DNA from: Octopus bimaculoides
Taxonomy: Eukaryota
Assembly (NCBI RefSeq): GCF_001194135.2
Contig: NC_068996.1
Coordinates: 5,913,705-5,957,827 of the forward strand
Length of the DNA: 44,123 nt
Reading direction: 5' to 3'
Under the pieces are notes generated by a model. That model ran no database searches. It saw nothing but the letters and a program-made list of their open reading frames with translations, and was not told the origin of the DNA. The position numbers were made by a program, and so were the translations under genes. Shown in pieces: positions 35,462 through 44,123 of this stretch (positions within the stretch are counted from its first letter, which is position 1; each line of letters starts with the position of its first letter).

Positions 35462-35517
35462 TTTCTCTCTCTCTCTCTCTCTTTCTCTCCCTCTCTCTCT
35501 CTCTCTCCCTCTCTCTC

Positions 35518-35550
<33 letters not shown>

Positions 35551-35735
35551 CCCCTATATACACATATACATAGATACATGCATACATACATACAAGCATA
35601 CACCACACACACACAAACATACACCACACACACACATGTATGTATGCATGCATGCATGCATTCATGTATGTATGTATGTATGTACGTATGTATGTATGTA
35701 CGTACATATGTATGTTTTGTTTTATGTATGTATTC
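35462..35735. repeat. (CT)n plus (CATA/TATG)n microsatellites
   Basis: Direct reading. Confidence 0.9.
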
Positions 35736-35959
35736 TCATGCATATAGTTGCATATCTAGACATGCTCATATATATATTAAATGATAAACTTCTGGAAAGT
35801 TTTACAGATTTTTACAGTTCCAATAATGGTATGGATCTGTAGTCTTCAAATTAGCTTTCTCCTTTCTGGTTTTGAGAAGCCTAATTTCTCAACATTGGTA
35901 TTTAGGCAGTGTGCGTGTGTGTGCGCGTGTCTCTGTGAAAACGACGAGCATCCACATCG

Positions 35960-36105
35960 TTTCCATTTACAAAATTCACTCACAAGGCTTTGGTTGGATT
36001 AGGATTATAATGGAAGACATTATGACTCAAAGTGCCAGGCAGTGGAACTGAACTCAGAACCATGTGGTTGGGAAGCAAGCTTCTTACCATACAACTAAGC
36101 CTGCA
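35960..36105 (-). mobile_element. degenerate head of CORE-like tRNA SINE
   Basis: cactcacaaggctttggttgg..ggaactgaactcagaaccatgtggttgggaagcaagc. Confidence 0.7.
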
Positions 36106-36318
36106 TGCTGTTATTAGCATTCATTTTTATTATTATTTGATTTTGCTGACAAACACGTTATTGATTTTGGTTTCTTAAAGATCAAAAACTGAAATGCTAT
36201 CGTCTTGTTCATAGTACTCGAGAGTATATTAAGGGAGGTAACTCTTACAAAATAACTAGCAGTTATCTTATCTTGCATCGAGAAATAACTGTGTATGTAT
36301 GTGTCTATGTGCGTGCGT

Positions 36319-36614
36319 CCCATTCCAGACACCTAACCGACACTCAGACATTCTGATTATATGTCTGTGCACACGTTTGAATGTGGTGTGTGCCAGAGGG
36401 TTTGCAAATCCAATGGGGGTCTTAAAAGACATGTTAGGATCCACAATGAGCAGAACTTACTTGCAGGTATTGGTAGTGCAAATCAGAGGTGCAATCTGTG
36501 TGGGTGTTTTTTCAAAACACTGTCTGGTTTAAAAAGCCACATCAGACGCCATGAAAGGGCTAAGGTGTAGGTGCAGGAGGTGGTCAAACTCTGTTTAAGG
36601 AGTAGACAACCACC
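36319..36614 (+). mobile_element. 5'-truncated LINE 3' end (probably RTE-type) encoding two C2H2 fingers, flanked by a 12-bp TSD atgtgcgtgcgt
   Basis: TSD at 36307-36318 and 36615-36626; short 3' UTR after the stop at 36570. Confidence 0.75.
36361..36570 (+). CDS. 69-aa ORF with two C-x2-C-x12-H-x3-H zinc fingers (LINE-derived; expression unknown)
   Basis: CGVCQRVCKSNGGLKRHVRIH and CNLCGCFFKTLSGLKSHIRRH; no TGEKP linker; in-frame TAA upstream at 36334-36336. Confidence 0.5.
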   Translation: MSVHTFECGVCQRVCKSNGGLKRHVRIHNEQNLLAGIGSANQRCNLCGCFFKTLSGLKSHIRRHERAKV

Positions 36615-36889
36615 ATGTGCGTGCGTACTTGTATGTTATTTTGTTTGCGTGAACCACTCCTATTTTTATGTAGTAATGGGTAAAGTTAGGATTGAGTTAA
36701 CTAATAAATTCATGGCTCGTTATTGGTTCTGTACGCGAGGTCAAGAGCTGCTATCCCTGCAGGTTCAATAGCTATAAATATAAATAGCTATAATGTAGAT
36801 ATATGCATGTGTGTGTGTATATATGTGTGTGTAAAGGGAGAGAACTCTTTGGTTATAAGTGACTTCTCTGATTAAACACGAAAATCGTG

Positions 36890-37265
36890 TTGGAGGGAAA
36901 ACGAATGAAGTGTTCTTTTCTAATCTAGGCAGAAGGCCCGAAATTTTTGGGGAGGAGGTCAGTCGATTATATCAATTCCAGTATGCAACTGGTACTTAAT
37001 TTATCGACCCCAAAAGGATGAAAGGCAAAGTCGACCTCGGTGGAATTTGAACTCAGAACATAAAGACAGACGAAATACCGCTAAGCATTTCGCTCGGCAA
37101 GCTAACGTTTCTTATTTCTTTATTGCCTACAAGGGGCTAAACATAGAGGGGGCAAACAAAGGGATTAAGTCGATTACATCGACCCCAGTGCGCAACTGAT
37201 AGTTAATTTATCGACCGCTAAGCATTTCGCCCGGCGTGCTAACGTTTCTGCCAGCTCCTCACCGC
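36890..37265 (-). mobile_element. SINE (family of 33415-33658), two partial overlapping copies
   Basis: ccgctaagcatttcgc..gctaacgtttct occurs twice, near 37080 and 37220. Confidence 0.8.
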
Positions 37266-37519
37266 CTGGACGAATGGAATGTTGTGAAAAATATGCCATT
37301 CGCTTAATAATTCGTTTCATGAGAAAAGTAAAATTGCTACAATTCGAAATTAAAGCTACACCTGTCGTGATGAATATGCCCTTCCCCAAGTCATTAAATG
37401 CTTGAATAATCTATATTAACCATTGATTAGACATTGAAACAGTTGCCAACTGGATCCCGGCTGGCCACTGTTGCCGTTGCTGCTACTACTACTGTTGTTG
37501 TTGTTGTTGTTGCTGTTGT

Positions 37520-37551
<32 letters not shown>

Positions 37552-37975
37552 TTGTTGTTGTTGTTGTTGTTGACTTTAAATCATCCCAGACTGAAGTTCT
37601 TTTTTAATCTAAAATATACTCTCCTCTATTTTCTCCACTGCTCTTCCATCTATCTGGTAGACTTACAAGGCTCCACTTCCAAAATTCAGTTGTCCGTGAT
37701 GAAAAATATCACTCCACTACTGTTCTAACCTCATCTACAGGTTTCATATTTTTTCCATCCAAATGATTTTGAAGACTGCAGAATAAATGATAATCAGATG
37801 GTGCATTGTCTGGTAAATATGGTGGGTGGAGCATCGTTTCCCATTCAGACTGCTCCAGCCAAGGCTTGCCAAACGTATTACCAAATTTACCAAAATAAAA
37901 GTACCAGATTTTGCTCCAAAAGTACCAAAATTCAAATTTGTAATATTTTGCCTATAAATCAAATAAATTGTATGT

Positions 37976-38181
37976 TACTCTTTTACTCTCTTTTACTTGT
38001 TTCAGTCATTTGACTGCGGCCATGCTGGAGCACTGCCTTTTAGTTGAGCAAATTGACCCCAGGACTTATTCTTTGAAAGCCTAGTACTTATTCTATCGGT
38101 CTCTTTTGCCGAACCGCTAAGTTACGGGGACGTAAACACACCAGCATCGGTTGTCAAGCAATGTTCGGGGGACAAACACAG

Positions 38182-38214
<33 letters not shown>

Positions 38215-38391
38215 CATATACTTATATACGACGGGCTTCTTTCAGTTTCCATCTACCAAATCCACCCACAAGGCTTTGGTCAGCCCGAGGCTATAGTAGA
38301 AGACACTTGCCCAAGGTGCCACGCAGTGGGACTGATCCCGGAACCATGTGGTTGGTAAGCAAGCTACTTAACACACAGCCACTCCTGCGCC
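37976..38391 (-). mobile_element. full CORE-like tRNA SINE with internal (CA)n(TA)n; CpGs retained
   Basis: Colinear with 5693-6104. Confidence 0.9.
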
Positions 38392-38928
38392 CATATATAC
38401 ATATATTATTTATAATATACATGGCTTTATTTTAAAGTGACCTAGATGTATTTAATGTGCTTGCTTTATAATTAGAAGGTTGCATCATAAACAGGGTGAG
38501 GTCCCTCTTTGTACCAATGTCCTTGTCCTTCTTTTAATTTAGCACTAAGCTCTGTACTGGGTGTATAAGTTGTTCAGTTTACATCATGAAGAAGACTTTG
38601 TGAATGTTACAGATCTTTGGTTGTTTGGGTAAGCAGTTTAGACCTATTCTTGACTTTAATGTTATTTAGGACTGCAAATATTCTCTCGGCTGCAACTGAA
38701 GAATGTGGTAATGATAGGAGTTGAAACATAAAGCATCATAGGACCAGATAATGAGCATCATCTCCACATTTTTCCTTAGAAATTTTATTCCAATAATCTT
38801 CTGGTTTGGTAGCTTCAGTTATGTTATTGTTATATTGAAGTTTAAGTTCTGTTCCTTCTTTATTAAGAACTTCAATCTAACTCTCCTGAACAACAATTGA
38901 ACTTGGACCATTGTAATCATGAATACTA

Positions 38929-40142
38929 TTAGGTTGTCAAGAAAGTTCTTGCAGTTTTTAACCTTTAAATTCAGATGCACATATCTCGGCTCAAACAAAA
39001 CTTTATTAATCAAAATAAACACCATCAGAATCAAAACACTTTTGCCAACGCGAAACAAGTTTATTTATGCATAAAAATCCTGCGTTTTGATGGAGATGAA
39101 GTCATTGAAGGCATGTTTGGCATCGTCTTGGTTTTTGAAGCATTTCTCACACAGGAAGTTGTCGAGATGCTTGAAAAAGTGGTAGTTGTTAGGCGAGAGG
39201 TCTGGTGAGTATGGCAGATGAGGTAGAGTTTTGTAGTCCAATTTGTTCAACTTCTGCAAGATCAGCTGTGCGACATGTGGCTGAGCGTTGTCATGGAGAA
39301 GAATTGGTCCTTTTCTATTGACCAATGCTGGCTGTTGTTGTCGGAGTTTCTTATGTGTTTCATCCATTTGCTGACAGTACTTCTCTGCCATAATGGTTTC
39401 GTCTGGATCCAAAACGCTGTGATGGATGAGACCGGCCACAGACCACCAAACAGTCACCATAACCTTCTTTTGTTGCAACTTTGGCTTCAGGAAGTGCCGT
39501 GGGGCTTCGTCAGCATCCAACCACTGTGCTGAGCTTCACCGGTTGTTGTAAAGAATCCACTTTTCATCACAAGTCACAATCTGGTCAAGAAATGGGTCAT
39601 TCTTGTTGCGTAAAAGAAGAGAAGATGACACTTCAAAATGGCATTGTTTTTGGCTGTCGTTCAATTCGTGCGGTGCCCATTTCTCAAGTATTTTTGTTTT
39701 TCCAATCTCTTTGGAAATTGTCGTATATGTTACGTCTAATTCAGAAGCAAGCTCTCGAACAGTTGTGCGTGGATTGGCTTCCACTAAGGCTCTTAGTTGA
39801 TCGTTGTCAACATCCGATGGCTGCCCATTACGCTTATCATCTTCAAGGCTCTTGTCACTGCTACAAAGTATTTTGAACCACCATTGTGCTGTACGTTTAT
39901 TAGTGGTTCCTGGGCCAAATGCATTGTTGATATTGAAAGCTGTTTCAGCAGCTTTTCAGCCTAGCTTGAACAGGAATAAGAAAATTGTGTGAATTTGCTT
40001 TTTGTCCACGTTCCAGAAAAAATGGCCTAATAATTCAAAAAGAAAAAGAGTAACACAATTAGATAGAGCAAAGTAATTTAATAGAAATTAATTTGAAAAT
40101 GCATCATTTAAAACCGAAATTAAAACTTTCTTGACAACCTAA
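38929..40142 (-). mobile_element. full-length (1214 bp) mariner with TIR TTAGGTTGTCAAGAAAGTT, TA TSD and decayed DD34D transposase
   Basis: TA at 38927-38928 and 40143-40144; WAPHEL, IVTCDEKW, LLHDNA, PYSPDLSPNNYHFF. Confidence 0.95.
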
Positions 40143-42024
40143 TAACTGGGTCTAGTGCCTCTAGGAGCTTCAGATTATGGAAGAAATCATGTACAAAGAA
40201 GTGCTGAAAATATTCTTTCCCAAGGCACACATAAAAATTTAATGTTTCCACATGAAATTGTTTCAATTCAGTTGTATTAATAGATGAGGCTTTCTTTATG
40301 TAGATGCTTTCAACTTTTGCTCCTCTGTAAATTTCAGTTATCGGAAGATACACTGATGGATCATTGATGGATCATTCATGTAGCTCCTTATTTTTCACAA
40401 TTTATTTTTTAATAAAATTGGCAAGTATTCCCTTAACAGTACATGTATTAGATTTGTGCAGTTTGTGCATTCTATAGCTTTCTGATTGGAAATCTAAGAT
40501 CAATTTAATAATATCTGTCAAAATATATGTTAAAAATGCATAATACATCTCTGTGATTGGATTTGTTAATGAATTCAGCACTTTTGAAGCTGCACCGTTT
40601 TGAAGCAGCAGTAGTAAAGAATAACACTTGAGCAGGCCACTATTCTAGTGTTCTTTTGACAACTTATTCCAAAGATAACCACCTTGTACAACTTCTATGT
40701 AATAATTTTTGAGGATTTGTTTGAGTAAATGCCTGAAATTCTTCATATTCCTGTAGTTTCTTGTGGTTATTTGAAAGGAATGAATACATGCTTCTAGCAA
40801 GTTCTTCTAAACATGAAGGTAATTCTGAACATACCTTTGATACACAGATATGCATAGAGTGATACACACAACCATGAATAAAGAGAGAGGGGACTTTGTC
40901 CTTCAGTAATGCCCGCACACCTCCCTTCTGTCCCATCATTACACTAGCATTGTCACTGGCAAATCCTATCAAATTTTCAAAAGAAATATCATGTAAGGTA
41001 AAGAATCTTTCAATAGAGGGGAAAATTCCATTAGCAGGGCAATTCTTCTCTTCCAAAAGAATTAAATAACTATGAATAATTTTTTGAGTACTACAGTCAT
41101 GAAATCTAGCTGACAGAACAAACTGTTTTTTTGTACTTCAGTAATTTCATCAACAATTAATGAAAGCTTGAACTCTTTGAACTCTTTAATGAAGTTTTCA
41201 AAGTAATAAGGACCTAAAACATTTTTATATATTTGAGTAGTTTTGGTTCTTGCACATTTAATACCTTTAGCTATTTTGGAATCTTCCTCTCTTCTTTTTC
41301 TCGCTCCCCCTCTCTGTCACATTTCTTGGCCCTCTCTTTTCCTCCTCATTTATCTCCCACCTTTCCTCCCCTGTACCTTTCCCTTTGTCTCTTTGATTTT
41401 TTTCTGATCCTTCAATCCCGCTGCCCCTACCCCTCTCTCCTCCTTCCACGTGACCAGTGTCCAGCCAGCCATGATCTTTCTTTCTTGGCCTGACTGCCGA
41501 CCACCAACACCTTTTATGTCCATCTCCTAAATCCCTGCCTTTAGGCTTTCACTTCATACACACCATTTCAATTTGATTCATTCTCAGTCGAAAGACAACT
41601 GCTGTTATTTTCTTGTTGTTTGTATTTGTAATTGTGTACCATGTTATCCGTTTTTTGTCTTTGTTACATACACATTCACTAGCTTTCTTACAAAAAAAAT
41701 CAAATACTCTTAGCTTAGACTCTTTTGGGGGGGCAACCAGATCAAACTGTCTCAAGTGCAACTGCCTGAAACTGTAAAGACATCTGGTATCTTGACTGAA
41801 GAAAGAAGGCCATGAATGTCCTTTTTTCTTTGTCCCTCAAATTTTTGTTTCTCCTGTCCACTTTTGTATCATCTATCTGTCCAAATGCTTTATTGTCCTC
41901 TATTGCATTTTTGTTCCAATTTATNNNNNNNNNNNNNNNNNNNNNNNNNNNNNNNNNNNNNNNNNNNNNNNNNNNNNNNNNNNNNNNNNNNNNNNNNNNN
42001 NNNNNNNNNNNNNNNNNNNNNNNN

Positions 42025-43310
42025 TAGCATGGAAAGCAGACGTTAAACGATGATGATGATGATATACATATATATAAGGACAGAAATGCATTTAAAATTT
42101 TTCACAGCAGTTGGTAGCACGTAAAAAGCACCCAACACACTCTGTAAAGTGGTTGGCATTAGGAAGGGCATTCAGCCATAGAAACCATGTTACAACTGAC
42201 AATTGGAGTCTTGACAGCTCCTCAGCTAACAATGTGTCCAAACCATGCTAGCATGAAAAATAGACATTAAACAATGATCATCATCATATCAATTATATTA
42301 ATTACATCATGAAAAAAAATCCGTTCTTCATATTTGCTCACTTACTTAATCAATTCTTAACAAATCACTCAGAATCTTCTCTTACCTAGGTTTAAGCTCA
42401 GCTGATAAAAGTGAATTTTTTTTTTATGATGTTATTAGTGTAATTGATAAATTCATCAGTTAAAATAATTGCTGCTGAAACAGTTACTGTGAACTTTTAA
42501 AATTCATTTGTGTTCTTATTTCATGCAAATGCCAAACCTAGTACCATCCTTATATTGGATCTATAACTTGCATTGGATCATGAACCTACATGTGTATATG
42601 TATAAATGTGTGTGTGTGTGTGTATTTGTATATATATATATGGCGTTAGGAAGGGCATCCAGCTGTAGAAACTCTGCCAAATTTAGATTGGAGCCTGGTG
42701 TTGCCATCCGGTTTCACCAGTCCTCAGTCAAGTCGTCCAACCCATGCTAGCATGGAAAGCGGACGTTAAACGATGATGATGATGATGATGATATATATAT
42801 ATTCCTTCATTGGACACTAAACTCGGCTTGCGAAGACCTGTTGGGGCAACTGTACCAGTGGGGCGCTAAGAGCACCGTCCGAGTGTGATCATTGCCAGAG
42901 CAGCTGTCTGGCTTCCATACCAGTGGCACATAAATAGCACCATTTGAGCGTAATTGTTACCAGCATCGCCTTACTATCACTTGTGCCAGTGGCATGTGAA
43001 AAAACATTCGAGCGAGGTCATTGCCAGTGCCGCTGGACTGGCTTCTGTGCAGGTGGCACATAAAATACACCATTTTGAGCATGACCATTGCCAGTACCGC
43101 CGGACTGGCCTTCATGCCGCTGGCATGTAAAAGCACCCACTACACTCTCAGAGTGGTTGACGTTAGGAAGGGCATCCAGCTGTAGAAACTCTGCCAGATC
43201 AGATTGGAGTCTGGTGTAGCCATCTGGTTCGCCAGTCCTCAGTCAAATCGTCCAACCCATGCTAGCATGGAAGGCAGACGTTTAAACGATGATGATGTGG
43301 ATGATGATGA
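42025..43310 (+). mobile_element. cluster of RTE 3'-UTR/tail copies (42025-42062, 42100-42285, 42640-42790, 42800-43310)
   Basis: Repeated ggaagggcatccagctgtagaaac..caacccatgctagcatggaaagcggacgttaaacgatgatgat, the reverse complement of 2700-2860. Confidence 0.85.
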
Positions 43311-43829
43311 TGATATAGTCACTAAAACATATATCAGAAAAGAAGCAGACTCTGAGGAACAGAGCAGTAAATATTACAACAAAAATTGTAATTTGGGACA
43401 TAGAGTTATCATAGATTACCAAAGGTTTCGTATCAACAAAGCCTTGCAGACAGCTCGTCAGATTTTATAAAAAGACGAAAAAATTCAAACTTTCTACGTT
43501 GAGGAAGCACTCAGAAATCAAGATTTAAGTTTTAGCATATAAAAATGCTAATGAGGACAGGTTGTCTCCCCTGAACCAGAGAATAGAACAACCCTTATAG
43601 ACTCGTTTTGGGATTTGGTTTGCAAGATTCTTTATGTGAGTTTGTGTGTTGAATCATATTTCATTGTGTCTGGGGAGAGCCATTCTCTTTTGGTGCCGCA
43701 TTATCTAACACACTCACCGGTTTAGTTTCCACTCATTTATTTTTTCTAAAATTTTCGTTGCGTTTTGCTACCTTTTCAATAGTCGTTGACTTTGTCCGTT
43801 CTTCGAGCTACGTCTTTTTTTTGTTTGTT

Positions 43830-44123
43830 TGTGCGCATGTGTGTGGGTCAGTGTTGGTGCACATACACATATGTATGTATGTATGCATATATATACGTAT
43901 GTATGTGTGTACGTTTGTATGTATGTATCCTGTATGTTCGTATTTGTGTGTTTGTATATGTGTGTTTGCATGTGTGTGTTTGCATGTGTGTACCTGTCTC
44001 CTTGTGTGCGTATGTCTGAGTGTATCTGTGTATGGTTTTGTAACTATGTACTGCGTCTGTTATGTGTGGATGTGTCTTCATACGTGTCCTTGTGTAAAGT
44101 GTTGTGTGTGTGTATGTGTATGG
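43830..44123. repeat. degenerate (TG)n/(TATG)n microsatellite
   Basis: Direct reading. Confidence 0.85.

Larger units (their letters stand above)
37860..41230 (-). mobile_element. degenerate hAT transposon interrupted by a SINE and a mariner
   Basis: Minus strand: SLIVDE (~41170), GFASDNASVMMG, GCVYHSMH, CTRWLSLE, and after the mariner LLSLPHSSVAAERIFAVLNNIKVKNR (hAT dimerisation domain). Putative terminus caaggcttgccaaac at 37860 with aaagtacca subterminal repeats. Confidence 0.8.

Noticed and set aside
36361-36570. Conventional host C2H2 transcription-factor gene
   Set aside because: No TGEKP linker, an upstream in-frame stop, and a flanking TSD point to retroposition; reported as LINE-derived instead.
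41549-41761. ORF resembling a LINE C-terminus (WY..ITAVVFRLRMN)
   Set aside because: Similarity too weak to assign a family.

Overview
AT-rich, microsatellite-dense eukaryotic scaffold with 12 N-gaps. The repeat families look like those of an Octopus-type cephalopod; this is recalled similarity, not a database search. I found no host-gene exon I can support, and most long ORFs in the track are microsatellite or N-gap artefacts. The window is a nest of mobile-element relics. Retroelements: RTE, R4/Dong and HERO-type LINE fragments and several tRNA-derived SINE families. DNA transposons: two mariners, a Tc1/maT relic, a hAT transposase split by a mariner, a Ginger-like integrase element and MITEs. 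Main observation: a non-coding repeat at three loci (5.3, 13.6-14.1 and 32.8-33.1 kb) that joins a tRNA-like Pol III head, an (AAT)n/(AAG)n tract and a minimal type I hammerhead-ribozyme motif. At every locus it sits as an inverted, tail-less copy next to a direct copy with a ~30-nt tail, the insertion signature of Penelope-like elements. This suggests a Penelope-mobilised, ribozyme-bearing SINE (inference). Also notable: a GG-ended MITE with 8-bp TSDs carrying facing TTAGGG/CCCTAA arrays, a retroposed two-finger C2H2 mini-ORF with a 12-bp TSD, a stand-alone tRNA-like Pol III unit, and a central CpG-retaining domain.
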